From contig JAHFKN010000005.1 in the NCBI GenBank assembly GCA_023245355.1, positions 33,290 through 97,289 of the forward strand: DNA of 64,000 nucleotides, read 5' to 3'. The position numbers and the translations under genes were made by a program. Origin of the DNA: Candidatus Gottesmanbacteria bacterium (GTDB lineage: Bacteria; Patescibacteriota; Microgenomatia; UBA10105; UBA927). Each line of letters opens with the position of its first letter. Position 1 is the stretch's first letter. Of this stretch, positions 1-9,601 are shown piece after piece. The notes below the pieces were generated by a model. It made no database searches. It saw only the letters and a program-made list of their open reading frames with translations, and was not told where the DNA came from.

Positions 1-94
1 TTCCCTCCTGGGGGAACAGTTTCTCGATCTTCCCTTTGTGACCTTTGTCTTTTCCGATCGTCACGATAATAGCGTCGCCTTTTTTGAATTTCAT
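1..94 (-). CDS. rplX: 50S ribosomal protein L24, 5' part (runs off window)
   Basis: Manual translation MKFKKGDAIIVTIGKDKGHKGKIEKLFP is the KOW motif of L24; follows rplN. Confidence 0.9.
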   Translation of the reverse strand, partial: MKFKKGDAIIVTIGKDKGHKGKIEKLFPQEG

Positions 95-95
95 A

Positions 96-470
96 TTAAT
101 ATACCTCGACTGCCAAACTTGCGATCTTATCAAACCCTTTTTCTTTTACCTCGCGTGCCACCGGTCCGAATACCCGGGTTCCCCTCGGATTCTGATCCGG
201 GGTATTGTCGATAACAACCCCTGCATTATCATCAAACCGTATATAGGAACCGTCTGCGCGGTGATATTCTTTCCGCGTCCTCACAATCACCACATGTACG
301 AGTTCATCGTCTTTTACGATCCCCAGCGGATCTGCCTTTTTCACGACACACTGGACTACATCTCCCAGCGTCGCCGTCATTTTTTGCCCGCCGCCGTAGA
401 TATGGATAATCACCATTTCCTGGGCTCCTGAGTTATCGGCAACTGTAATTTTTGTGCGTCGTTGTACCAT
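96..470 (-). CDS. rplN: 50S ribosomal protein L14
   Basis: VADNSGA, IRFDDNA, GTRVFGPVARE motifs; operon position. Confidence 0.98.
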   Translation of the reverse strand: MVQRRTKITVADNSGAQEMVIIHIYGGGQKMTATLGDVVQCVVKKADPLGIVKDDELVHVVIVRTRKEYHRADGSYIRFDDNAGVVIDNTPDQNPRGTRVFGPVAREVKEKGFDKIASLAVEVY

Positions 471-473
471 AGG

Positions 474-716
474 TTATTTTGTCAATTTTTTCGTAACGAT
501 AAAATGTTTTGTTTTGCTGATCGGTTTGGTTTCCGCAACCGTCACCTGATCACCGACTGCAATCTCCATGCCGGTCACGTGTGCGACAAAGTGTTTGGTG
601 CGTTTGATTGTTTTTCTGTATAACGGATGCTTTGAAAGCCGTATGACTTCCACAACCACCGTATCTTTCATACTGGTAGAAATCACTATTCCTGTAAATT
701 CTTTGTGTTGTTTCAT
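474..716 (-). CDS. rpsQ: 30S ribosomal protein S17
   Basis: MKDTVVV..KHPLYRK..ETKPISKTK. Confidence 0.97.
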   Translation of the reverse strand: MKQHKEFTGIVISTSMKDTVVVEVIRLSKHPLYRKTIKRTKHFVAHVTGMEIAVGDQVTVAETKPISKTKHFIVTKKLTK

Positions 717-934
717 ACTGTACCTACTTTCTTTTCTGTGAGCTCTTTCTCACGTTTAATCGAAAGCAACGCTGCAAGTTTACGGCGTAACTCTTTGGCT
801 TCGCGTCTGTTTTTTACTTCCTTCGTCTGCATCGTTAACCGGACTTCGGCAATTTTCTTGCGTAATTCTCCGGCTTTTTTGCCGAGCTCAGTGACTCCGA
901 TACCGTGTAATTCATCTTTATCGCGCTTTTTCAT
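713..934 (-). CDS. rpmC: 50S ribosomal protein L29
   Basis: 73 aa basic helical protein between rplP and rpsQ. Confidence 0.9.
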   Translation of the reverse strand: MKKRDKDELHGIGVTELGKKAGELRKKIAEVRLTMQTKEVKNRREAKELRRKLAALLSIKREKELTEKKVGTV

Positions 935-1347
935 ACTGTTTTCTCCCGGGTTATAAATTTACTTTTGATCGGTAATTTGATTCCGGCCAACCGCATGGCA
1001 TGTGCTGCTAATTCCCGGTCCACTCCTGCCATTTCAAACATGACCCGGCCCGGGCGCACGACACATACGTATTCTGAAACATCTCCCTTGCCGCTTCCCA
1101 TACGTGTTTCGGGAGGCTTCTTCGTAATCGGCTTATCCGGAAATATCCGGATCCATACGCGGCCTCCGCGGCGGATCGTGTGTGTAAGTGCACGGCGGGA
1201 CGCTTCAATCTGCCTGCTGCTTACCCATCCGGCTTCCATCGCCTTGAGTCCGAACTCCCCAAACGACAATGTTGAGCCCCTGATTGACAGACCGCGGCGC
1301 TTGCCCCGGAATACTTTTCTGTGTTTTGCTCGTTTTGGTGCTAACAT
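931..1347 (-). CDS. rplP: 50S ribosomal protein L16
   Basis: [24 protein letters not shown]. Confidence 0.98.
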   Translation of the reverse strand: MLAPKRAKHRKVFRGKRRGLSIRGSTLSFGEFGLKAMEAGWVSSRQIEASRRALTHTIRRGGRVWIRIFPDKPITKKPPETRMGSGKGDVSEYVCVVRPGRVMFEMAGVDRELAAHAMRLAGIKLPIKSKFITREKTV

Positions 1348-1365
1348 ACGTATATATACTGATTG

Positions 1366-2046
1366 TTATATTGCTGCTGTCTTCTTACAAATCCACACTT
1401 TTACTCCGACATATCCTGATTTCGTAAGAGACGGCACTTCTGCATAATCCACTTCCTCACGGATCGTTGAAAGCGGTATCGTCCCTGCTTTGTACGTCTC
1501 GCGGCGTGCGATTTCAGCTCCCGCAATACGGCCTGCCAATTTGATCTTGACACCTCGGGCTCCTGCCGTCATCACCCGCTCTACCGTCTGCATGCATATC
1601 CGTTTATGCGGCATGCGCTTGATAAGCTGATCGGCGATATTGGTAGCTACTATCTGTGCGCTCAGATTCGGTTCTTTTACCGGCTCTACCACGACTTCTA
1701 CTTTTGTTTTCAGCTGGTCAAATGCTGCTTTTCCGAGTTTCCGTACGTGCGCGATCCTCCGGAGTTCACCCTCGATAAATTTCTTCACTTCTTCAAGTCC
1801 CGTGCCTCCGCGTCCGATAACCAACCCCGGACGTGATACGTGAAGCACAACGCGGATTTTGTTGATGGACCGTTCGATCTCCGCCTGCGCAAGGCCGGCC
1901 GGTTTCAGACGTTTCGTCAATGATTCCCGAAGCAGCACATCCTGCAACAGTAAGTCTGCGTAGTGTGCATCATCAGCAAACCACCGTGACACCCATGTGT
2001 ACAATGGCCCAAGTCTGAATCCGTACGGATGAATTTTTTGTCCCAT
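1366..2046 (-). CDS. rpsC: 30S ribosomal protein S3
   Basis: MGQKIHPYGFRLG, RPGLVIGRGG, GRIAGAEIARRE. Confidence 0.98.
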   Translation of the reverse strand: MGQKIHPYGFRLGPLYTWVSRWFADDAHYADLLLQDVLLRESLTKRLKPAGLAQAEIERSINKIRVVLHVSRPGLVIGRGGTGLEEVKKFIEGELRRIAHVRKLGKAAFDQLKTKVEVVVEPVKEPNLSAQIVATNIADQLIKRMPHKRICMQTVERVMTAGARGVKIKLAGRIAGAEIARRETYKAGTIPLSTIREEVDYAEVPSLTKSGYVGVKVWICKKTAAI

Positions 2047-2049
2047 AGG

Positions 2050-2400
2050 TTATTTACTGCCTTTCTCTTCGTCTTTCAATATTACTTTTACGTGTGTCAT
2101 CCGTTTTTTGTAGGAATGTGCCATACCGCGGCTTGCTGCATGCCACCGTTTCAGTACCGGTCCCCCCATAACGTCAATGGCCGCAACAATAAGCGTATCT
2201 GCCGTAGCTTTTTTCTGCACTGCATTGGCGACAGCCGAGTCAATTAGCTTTTTAAGCGGCTCGGCAGCATGTTTCGGTATGGAACCCAGTGCAGACAGTG
2301 CAACACCGACTTTTTTACCGGAAATCGCACGGGCGACCAACCGCACTTTGCGCGGGCTCGTCCGTATGTATTTTGCTGTCGCTGTGTATTCCATATGCAT
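2050..2400 (-). CDS. rplV: 50S ribosomal protein L22 (start may be 2394)
   Basis: AKYIRTSPRKVRLVA, SAVANA, GPVLKRW. Confidence 0.97.
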   Translation of the reverse strand: MHMEYTATAKYIRTSPRKVRLVARAISGKKVGVALSALGSIPKHAAEPLKKLIDSAVANAVQKKATADTLIVAAIDVMGGPVLKRWHAASRGMAHSYKKRMTHVKVILKDEEKGSK

Positions 2401-2684
2401 TATGTCTTATCCAATACGCGCTTCGTCACCTGTCCGTGACCTCTAAACGTCCGGGTCGGTGAAAATTCTCCCAAGTGATGTCCTACCATGTTTTCCGTTA
2501 CGAATACCTCGGTAAATACCCGGCCGTTATGAACGGCAAACGTGATTCCCACAAACTCCGGGCTGATCACACACGCTCTCGACCATGTCTTGATCGCTGA
2601 GTGATCTCCGCCTGCCTTTTGCTTATTAATTTTAGCTAAGACGCGCGGGTCAATATATGGTCCTTTTTTGCTGCTTCGTGCCAT
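2400..2684 (-). CDS. rpsS: 30S ribosomal protein S19
   Basis: [23 protein letters not shown]. Confidence 0.98.
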   Translation of the reverse strand: MARSSKKGPYIDPRVLAKINKQKAGGDHSAIKTWSRACVISPEFVGITFAVHNGRVFTEVFVTENMVGHHLGEFSPTRTFRGHGQVTKRVLDKT

Positions 2685-2686
2685 AA

Positions 2687-3442
2687 TTATTTCCTCCGAC
2701 CGACAATAAACCGGTCACTGTATTTACGTAATTTCCTCGTTTTCTTTCCCATTGTCCGTTTTCCCCACGGGCTTTTCGGAGATTTCATACCGATACCGCT
2801 TCGTCCTTCTCCTCCGCCGTGCGGATGAGATCTCGGGTTCATTGCTACTCCACGGACTGTCGGACGTATACCCATGTGCCGTGAACGCCCTGCTTTGCCG
2901 ATGACTCTGTTTTTCCGGTCTTCATTTCCCACCTGACCCACGGTCGCTTTGCAGGCTGCGTCAAATACGCGCGTTTCGCCCGACGGAAGCTTCACCTGAA
3001 TCAAATTTCCGTCTTTTGCCAATACGGCTGCTGAGTTCCCTGCGGAACGCACCATCTGGGCGCCTCTGCCCGGTTTGATTTCAAGATTGTGTACCAGTGT
3101 TCCGACCGGAATACTTCCGAGCGGCAGGCAGTTTCCGACATTTGCATCAATATTGTCGCCGGAAAGCACCGTGTCGTTTACCTTAAGACCCAAGGGGGCT
3201 AGTATATACCGTTTTTCCCCGTCGCGATAGACTAAAAGTGCGATGTCGCTCGACCGGTTCGGGTCATAAATGATCTCCGTGACTTTGGCGGGAACCCCGT
3301 CTTTATCGCGTTTCCAGTCGATAATCCGGAAATACCGTTTCTGTCTGCCGCCCTGATGACGTACCGACACGTGACCAAACACATCCCTCCCGGAATTTTT
3401 GGGCAATATTTCGACAAGTGACCGTATAAAAAGTTTTTGCAT
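2687..3442 (-). CDS. rplB: 50S ribosomal protein L2 (N-terminally short)
   Basis: [29 protein letters not shown]. Confidence 0.98.
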   Translation of the reverse strand: MQKLFIRSLVEILPKNSGRDVFGHVSVRHQGGRQKRYFRIIDWKRDKDGVPAKVTEIIYDPNRSSDIALLVYRDGEKRYILAPLGLKVNDTVLSGDNIDANVGNCLPLGSIPVGTLVHNLEIKPGRGAQMVRSAGNSAAVLAKDGNLIQVKLPSGETRVFDAACKATVGQVGNEDRKNRVIGKAGRSRHMGIRPTVRGVAMNPRSHPHGGGEGRSGIGMKSPKSPWGKRTMGKKTRKLRKYSDRFIVGRRK

Positions 3443-3457
3443 ACTTTTGTAAAATTG

Positions 3458-3751
3458 TTACGCTTTTGCCTGTTCTCCGATATCAAACACTGCAATCTTC
3501 TGACCTTTCACAAGACGTACCATCGCTTTTTTCCAATCCGTGTGCCGCTTCATAATCATCTTTTTTCCCGTGCGGTGCATCTTGCCGACGCGGCGGATAG
3601 TGCGGATTTCGCGGACCGTCACATTGTAAAGACGGCTTATCTCTTTGGCAATCTGCTCTTTTCTGGCAAACGCCGTCACGGCAAAGGTATACCAGCCGGT
3701 TTGGGCCAGCGCCATGGATTTTTCGGTGATAAGCGGTCGGGTTTGTTTCAT
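3458..3751 (-). CDS. rplW: 50S ribosomal protein L23
   Basis: RPLITEKS, WKKAMVRL. Confidence 0.96.
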   Translation of the reverse strand: MKQTRPLITEKSMALAQTGWYTFAVTAFARKEQIAKEISRLYNVTVREIRTIRRVGKMHRTGKKMIMKRHTDWKKAMVRLVKGQKIAVFDIGEQAKA

Positions 3752-3752
3752 A

Positions 3753-4484
3753 TTATTTCGTCAACCCCGATTTTATCGGGGTAAAATGTGCTTTGCTTTC
3801 TTCCAGAGCCTTTTTTGTAAAAATAATTTTCTTGTGCGTTATCAGTGCGTACGGGTGCAGATCTTTCGCATTCATGAGTGTCACATACCCGATATTCCGG
3901 GCAGCTTTCACGAGATTTGCCGCATCCTTGGAAACGATAAGCAGTACCTTGTCCGTGGCTTCAGCTGCCGAAAGAACTGCAGTAACCAGTTTTGTTTTCG
4001 GTTCCATATCCTCCATGCCGTCCACGATCATGGTATCGGCGGCCTTGGCACTTAAGGCGGAAACGAGAGCACCGCGTTTCATGCTTTTACTCATGTTCAG
4101 ATGATAATCCCGTGTAACAGGCCCGAATACTACTCCGCCGCCCACAAAAATCGGGGCCCGGATAGATCCGTGACGTGCTTTTCCTGTGCCTTTCTGACGA
4201 TAAATTTTCCGGCTGGATCCTTCCACTTCTCCGCGGGTTTTTGCCTTTGCTCCGCCCTCGCGCTGATTCGCCAGATACACACGGACGGATTGCGCCAACA
4301 GATTCCCGTTTACTTTCGCACCGAACAATTCAGCAGGAAGCGTCATTTTTCCGGTCGCTTTCCCGTCCAGACCGATGACTGACACGGAAAGTCCGGCTTC
4401 TTTTTTCGCTTCCGGAACTTTTTTGGCTTTTTCGGCTGTTTTCGGTGCAGCTTTTTTTACTTGTTTGGTTGAATTCGTTGCCAT
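3753..4484 (-). CDS. rplD: 50S ribosomal protein L4 with Lys/Ala-rich N-terminal extension
   Basis: KTRGEVEG..RQKGTGKARHGS..GGGVVFGP. Confidence 0.98.
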   Translation of the reverse strand: MATNSTKQVKKAAPKTAEKAKKVPEAKKEAGLSVSVIGLDGKATGKMTLPAELFGAKVNGNLLAQSVRVYLANQREGGAKAKTRGEVEGSSRKIYRQKGTGKARHGSIRAPIFVGGGVVFGPVTRDYHLNMSKSMKRGALVSALSAKAADTMIVDGMEDMEPKTKLVTAVLSAAEATDKVLLIVSKDAANLVKAARNIGYVTLMNAKDLHPYALITHKKIIFTKKALEESKAHFTPIKSGLTK

Positions 4485-4487
4485 AGG

Positions 4488-5129
4488 TTATGCTTTCTTT
4501 GTCTTTGCCGGTTCTTTCGAAATAATAAGGAGCCCGTTAATGGCTCCCGGTACTAATCCTTTGATCGTAATATGGTGGGTTGTCGGATCGACGGCTACCA
4601 CTTTGAGATTGCGCACCGTTACGGTGTCGTTGCCCATCCGGCCTGCCATTTTTTTGCCTTTATAGACACGTCCCGGCGTGGTGGTCTGACCGATGGATCC
4701 CGGTGCACGCTCGCGGTCTGACTGACCGTGTGTCCTGGGTCCTCCGCGGAAATTATGCCGCTTCACTACTCCGGCAAATCCTTTTCCTTTGCTCGTTCCT
4801 GTGACCCGGATGGTATCTCCTGCCGCAAATACCGATTCAACGGCAATCTGGGAACCCGGTTTTTCCGTTTCCGCAATTTCGCTTACCGTAAAACTGCGCA
4901 AAAAACGGAGCTTTTGTTCCAGCCCCGCTTTTTTAAGATGTCCGATTTCCGCTTTACTCAGGTTTTTGATTGTACCGAATCCGAGTTGGATGCTTTTGAA
5001 GTGTTCCTGATTTTCAACCTCGGTAATCCAGTTGGGACCGGCCAAAATTTCCGTGACGGGAATTCGCTTCCCTGCCTCATCAAAGGCCTGCGATTGTCCG
5101 AGTTTATATCCTAATAATGCCTGTATCAT
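4488..5129 (-). CDS. rplC: 50S ribosomal protein L3
   Basis: GTSKGKGFAGVVKRH, RAPGSIG, GKKMAGRMG; ATG at 5129 preferred over the track start, which lies in the leader. Confidence 0.97.
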   Translation of the reverse strand: MIQALLGYKLGQSQAFDEAGKRIPVTEILAGPNWITEVENQEHFKSIQLGFGTIKNLSKAEIGHLKKAGLEQKLRFLRSFTVSEIAETEKPGSQIAVESVFAAGDTIRVTGTSKGKGFAGVVKRHNFRGGPRTHGQSDRERAPGSIGQTTTPGRVYKGKKMAGRMGNDTVTVRNLKVVAVDPTTHHITIKGLVPGAINGLLIISKEPAKTKKA

Positions 5130-5145
5130 ATAGATTCGTCTCCAC

Positions 5146-5173
5146 AAAAAAACGACCTCGGTTGAGGTCGTTT
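5146..5173 (-). terminator. Intrinsic terminator in the rplC leader
   Basis: AAACGACCTC-AACC-GAGGTCGTTT stem running into a 7-U tract, ending 16 nt before the rplC ATG. Confidence 0.75.
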
Positions 5174-5273
5174 AACCCGTCTGCCAACTGGCAGATACCG
5201 GTTTCACGCTCATCCGAGACTTTTGGTTACCCCTGAGACACACACGCTTTGTCGCGTCATATCAGGAAGCGTA

Positions 5274-5302
5274 AGTATACCAAAGTATCTCTTCGAAAAC
5301 AA
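5274..5302 (-). promoter_or_regulatory. Sigma70-type promoter for the rplC operon
   Basis: TTGTTT-N17-TATACT with extended -10 (TGG-TATACT). Confidence 0.6.
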
Positions 5303-5303
5303 A

Positions 5304-5612
5304 TTACATTTTAATCTCGACGTCCACGCCTGCCGGGAGGTCAAGATGCATGAGTTGGTCTATCGTCTTGTCTGTCGGTTCCACAATGTCTATGAGTCGT
5401 TTATGAACTTTGATCATAAAGTCTTCCCGGCTGTTCCGGTCGATAAATGTAGCCCTGGCTACGTTAAAGTGCGTTTTATCGGTCGGAAGCGGCACCGGAC
5501 CCACCACGCGCGCACCCGTGCGCACTGCAGTGTCCAGTATTTTCTGGCAGCAGTCATCAATGATCCTGCTGTCATATGCTTTTAATCTGACTCGAATACG
5601 ACCTTTCGGCAT
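5304..5612 (-). CDS. rpsJ: 30S ribosomal protein S10
   Basis: RIRVRLKAYD, GPVPLPT, HKRLIDI, LPAGVDVEIK. Confidence 0.98.
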   Translation of the reverse strand: MPKGRIRVRLKAYDSRIIDDCCQKILDTAVRTGARVVGPVPLPTDKTHFNVARATFIDRNSREDFMIKVHKRLIDIVEPTDKTIDQLMHLDLPAGVDVEIKM

Positions 5613-5655
5613 TGTGTGTTAAGGTGCCTTTGAGTTACGTACTGCTACGATGCTC

Positions 5656-6843
5656 TTAAGCGACAATTTTTGTAACAACTCCTGCTCCTACCGTGTGACC
5701 GCCCTCGCGGATAGCAAACCGAAGACCTTCTTCAAGCGCTACCGGCACGATCAATTTCACTACCATCTTGGTACTGTCACCCGGCATGACCATTTCTACG
5801 CCCTGCGGCAATGTACATTCTCCTGTTACATCTGTCGTCTGGATGTAGAATTGCGGTCTGTAACCCGTAAAGAACGGTGTGTGTCGTCCGCCTTCTTCTT
5901 TGGTTAATACGTAGACTTCGGCTTCGAATTCCGTATGCGGTTTAACGCTTCCGGTCGCTGCCAATACCTGTCCGCGCTCAACCTGCTCTTTTTCAACACC
6001 CCGGAGCAATACTCCGATGTTGTCGCCGGCCAGTCCTTCGTCGAGTGTTTTCCTAAACATTTCGACTCCGGTTACAACCGTTGACTGTGTTGGCTTGATA
6101 CCGACGATTTCAATGGTTTCTCCGACCTTCACCTTGCCGCGGGACACGCGTCCGGTGACCACTGTTCCCCGGCCTTTGATAGAGAAGACATCCTCTACCG
6201 GCATAAGGAACGGTTTGTCGAGTTCACGTACCGGATCCGGCACGTATTCGTCGACGGTCTTCATAAGTTCTTCGATTGCTTTTTCTGCCTCCGGGTCACC
6301 CTGAAGTGCTTTGAGGGCACTGCCGCGGATAACCGGAATCTTGTCGCCCGGATACTTATATTTGGTAAGTAACTCGCGGACTTCCATTTCAACAAGATCC
6401 AGAAGCTCTTTGTCCTGTACCATATCGCATTTGTTCATAAATACGACAATGGCCGGTACGTTTACCTGACCTGCGAGCAGAATGTGTTCGCGGGTTTGCG
6501 GCATCGGACCGTCGGGTGCTGAAACGACTAAGATTGCACCGTCCATCTGCGCGGCTCCAGTGATCATGTTTTTGACATAATCAGCATGTCCCGGCGCATC
6601 AATGTGTGCATAGTGCCGTTTGGCTGTTTCGTATTCAGAGTGATGGATGTTTATGGTGACTCCGCGGGCCTTCTCTTCCGGAGCATTATCGATTTCTTCG
6701 TACTTCAGCGCCTTTGCCATGCCTGATTTGGCCAGCACGTGCGTGATAGCAGAAGTAAGCGTGGTCTTCCCATGGTCGACGTGACCGATGGTTCCTATAT
6801 TCAAATGCGGTTTGCTGCGAACAAATTTAGCTACGTCTGCCAT
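5656..6843 (-). CDS. tuf: Elongation factor Tu
   Basis: [35 protein letters not shown]; strong SD AAGGAGGT upstream. Confidence 0.99.
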   Translation of the reverse strand: MADVAKFVRSKPHLNIGTIGHVDHGKTTLTSAITHVLAKSGMAKALKYEEIDNAPEEKARGVTINIHHSEYETAKRHYAHIDAPGHADYVKNMITGAAQMDGAILVVSAPDGPMPQTREHILLAGQVNVPAIVVFMNKCDMVQDKELLDLVEMEVRELLTKYKYPGDKIPVIRGSALKALQGDPEAEKAIEELMKTVDEYVPDPVRELDKPFLMPVEDVFSIKGRGTVVTGRVSRGKVKVGETIEIVGIKPTQSTVVTGVEMFRKTLDEGLAGDNIGVLLRGVEKEQVERGQVLAATGSVKPHTEFEAEVYVLTKEEGGRHTPFFTGYRPQFYIQTTDVTGECTLPQGVEMVMPGDSTKMVVKLIVPVALEEGLRFAIREGGHTVGAGVVTKIVA

Positions 6844-6928
6844 ACTACCTCCTTACAAAACAAATTATGTTTATAAAAATAATTAATCGACCTTAGAAAT
6901 TAAGTCGCTTTCGACATTTTAGCACATC

Positions 6929-9034
6929 TTAGACGTTTTTCGCAATAATCTTTTCCTGGATATTTTTCGGTACCTCTTCGTAATGACTCGGCTCCATGTA
7001 ATACGTAGCCCGGCCTTTAGACAAACTCCGTAGTACCGTCGCATACCCTGACAGTTCTGCAAGCGGCACCATAGCCAGGATAACCGTAACCGTTCCCCGC
7101 TGCTCAGAACCCATAATCTGCGCACGTCGTGCGGACAGATCGCCGATACAGTCTCCCATGTATTCATCGGGAGTCGTCACTTCCACCTTCATGATCGGCT
7201 CGAGTATCGTAGGATCGGCATGTTTTACTGCATCCTGAAGCGCCATGGACCCTGCGATCTTAAATGCCATTTCAGAGGAATCGACATCATGATAACTTCC
7301 GTCATAAAGTGTGGCTGACATATCGACCAGCGGGTAGCCGGCGAGCACGCCGTTTTCCATCGCCTCGACGATACCCTTTTCTATCGGGGGGATAAATTCA
7401 TTCGGCACACTTCCGCCTTTGATCGCATCGATAAATTCAAATCCTTCACCGCGGGCTTTCGGCTCTATCGTAATCATTGCGTGTCCGTATTGGCCGCGTC
7501 CTCCGGTCTGGCGGATGTATTTCCCTTCTCCCTCGGCCAGCTTCTTGATCGTTTCTTTGTACGCGACTTGCGGCGCTCCGACATTTGCTTCTACTTTAAA
7601 TTCACGCTTCATGCGGTCAACCAAAATCTCCAGGTGAAGTTCTCCCATACCCCAGATAATGGTTTGATTGGTTTCCAGGTTGCTTTTGATCTTAAACGTG
7701 GGATCCTCTTCAGAGAGACGCTGCAGTGCATATCCCATTTTTTCCTGATCGTTTTTGGTTTTGGGTTCGATTGCAAGCGAGATAACAGGATCAGGGAACG
7801 TGATTTTTTCCAAAACGATCGGGTTTGCCTTGTCACACAGCGTATCTCCCGTGATCGTATCTTTAAGTCCCACGACAGCCACGATTTCTCCGGCAAACGC
7901 TTCGCGGATTTCTTCCCGCTGGTTGGCGTGCATGAGTAACAGCCGGCCGACGCGTTCTTCCGCGCCTTTGCTGGAATTATAGGTATACGAACCGGATTCT
8001 AATTTTCCGGAATATATACGGACATAGGTAAGTTTTCCTACGTGCGGATCAATCTGAATTTTGAATGCCAGTCCGGAAAACGAATCGTCACTCACGCGCC
8101 TTCTCGTGATGTGTTCTTCCGTTTTGGGATGAATACCCGTGACCGCAGGAAGATCCAACGGAGACGGCAGATAATCCACGACGGCATCAAGAAGCGGCTG
8201 AACTCCTTTGTTCCGGAGACTCGTACCGCAATAAATAGGCACGAGTTTGTAGTCGATGACTGCGCGGCGCAGCGCCGCTTTGAGTTCATCAATCGTGGGC
8301 TCGGTACCGGCTAGGAATTTTTCCAGCAATGCATCGTCCGTTTCGGAAATCCGTTCCACCAGATCACTCCGGGATTTGATCACTTCATCTTTCAAGTCTG
8401 CAGGAATTTCGGGGAGTTCATCGGGGTGTGCGCCAAGATCGTCGGTATTCCATACGTACGCTTTGAGCGTCAGTAAATCGACAATACCTTTATATGTCTG
8501 TTCCTTGCCGATCGGCACGACCATGACGGCGGTCCGTGCACCAAGTCTTTGTTCAATTTGCTGGATTGTGTGCCGGAAATCCGCGCCGATTTTGTCCATT
8601 TTATTGACGAAACATATACGCGGCACTTTGTATTTATCTGCCTGATGCCACACGGTTTCCGATTGACTCTGCACGCCCTCTTCTGCGTCCAGGACGGTAA
8701 TACCTCCGTCGAGCACGCGAAGACTGCGTTCTACCTCGGCGGTAAAGTCCACGTGTCCGGGAGTATCGATGATGTTAAATCTGTATCCTTTCCAGAATGT
8801 GGTGGTAGCGGCGGATACGATCGTGATACCGCGCTCTTTTTCCTGCTCCATCCAGTCCATTTGCGTCGTGCCCTCGTCGATGTCGCCGATTTTATAACTT
8901 CTGCCTGTGTAATAGAGGATGCGTTCCGTGGTCGTCGTTTTCCCGGCATCGATATGCGCGATAATACCGATGTTGCGCACTTTATCGAGCGGCACATCGC
9001 GGTTTTCCGTAAGTGTTGTCGTAGGATTTGCCAT
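6929..9034 (-). CDS. fusA: Elongation factor G
   Basis: [45 protein letters not shown]. Confidence 0.99.
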   Translation of the reverse strand: MANPTTTLTENRDVPLDKVRNIGIIAHIDAGKTTTTERILYYTGRSYKIGDIDEGTTQMDWMEQEKERGITIVSAATTTFWKGYRFNIIDTPGHVDFTAEVERSLRVLDGGITVLDAEEGVQSQSETVWHQADKYKVPRICFVNKMDKIGADFRHTIQQIEQRLGARTAVMVVPIGKEQTYKGIVDLLTLKAYVWNTDDLGAHPDELPEIPADLKDEVIKSRSDLVERISETDDALLEKFLAGTEPTIDELKAALRRAVIDYKLVPIYCGTSLRNKGVQPLLDAVVDYLPSPLDLPAVTGIHPKTEEHITRRRVSDDSFSGLAFKIQIDPHVGKLTYVRIYSGKLESGSYTYNSSKGAEERVGRLLLMHANQREEIREAFAGEIVAVVGLKDTITGDTLCDKANPIVLEKITFPDPVISLAIEPKTKNDQEKMGYALQRLSEEDPTFKIKSNLETNQTIIWGMGELHLEILVDRMKREFKVEANVGAPQVAYKETIKKLAEGEGKYIRQTGGRGQYGHAMITIEPKARGEGFEFIDAIKGGSVPNEFIPPIEKGIVEAMENGVLAGYPLVDMSATLYDGSYHDVDSSEMAFKIAGSMALQDAVKHADPTILEPIMKVEVTTPDEYMGDCIGDLSARRAQIMGSEQRGTVTVILAMVPLAELSGYATVLRSLSKGRATYYMEPSHYEEVPKNIQEKIIAKNV

Positions 9035-9063
9035 AGGTTTATTAGTATTTTATCAGAAACAAT

Positions 9064-9085
9064 AAAAAACCCGCGGAAGCGGGAT
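9064..9085 (-). terminator. Terminator-like hairpin in the fusA leader
   Basis: ATCCCGC-TTCC-GCGGG followed by 6 T. Confidence 0.65.
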
Positions 9086-9113
9086 ATAGTCTGCTTCAAC
9101 AATCAACATGACA

Positions 9114-9142
9114 ATTGTACAGGATTTTCCCGCGTCTGTCTA
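9114..9142 (-). promoter_or_regulatory. Sigma70-type promoter for fusA
   Basis: TAGACA-N17-TACAAT. Confidence 0.7.
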
Positions 9143-9210
9143 GGGATTTTAACGGTCTTTCCGCCCGGGCAGGCTTCATGCGCCATGCGGTGCAACCGGA
9201 CGATTCGTTT

Positions 9211-9504
9211 TTATGTGCGTCTTGAACGCAGCATGTCACGGAGTGCCGCGAAGGAAAATCTTCCCTGACTTTTACACGGCAGCGAATCGGCAAAAATTGA
9301 ATGGAATTGGTTGAGATGATTCGGAGGAGCGACTCTCGTGCAGACGGTAACACCGTCTTCCGAGCGGACCCGGCGGTAACTTCGCTCGCTTTTCACATCG
9401 AGCCACGGACACGGGTTTGTACACGTACAATAGCCGGCTCCTGCTTCGCGGCTCAAATGAAGTGTGATCGTGTTTCCGTCTGCCTGAACTGTCCGGGTTG
9501 CCAT
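9211..9504 (-). CDS. Hypothetical Cys-rich small protein
   Basis: 97 aa ATG ORF filling an intergenic gap; CxCxxxC motif; no recognisable family. Confidence 0.5.
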   Translation of the reverse strand: MATRTVQADGNTITLHLSREAGAGYCTCTNPCPWLDVKSERSYRRVRSEDGVTVCTRVAPPNHLNQFHSIFADSLPCKSQGRFSFAALRDMLRSRRT

Positions 9505-9601
9505 TCAATGCGATACCATACTGCGTTTTACAAAAAAAGTAAAGCAACTTGAATTGCCGGAGCAAACCCCGTACGCTTATATGTACGAAACATTACACTG
9601 T

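Noticed and set aside
8549-9268. 239 aa plus-strand ORF and many similar antisense ORFs over ribosomal, fusA and rpo genes
   Set aside because: Shadow frames of conserved minus-strand genes with no recognisable motifs
9143-9553. Structured ncRNA (RNase P, tmRNA, SRP) in the gap upstream of fusA
   Set aside because: No hallmark motifs recognised; better explained by the 97 aa ORF
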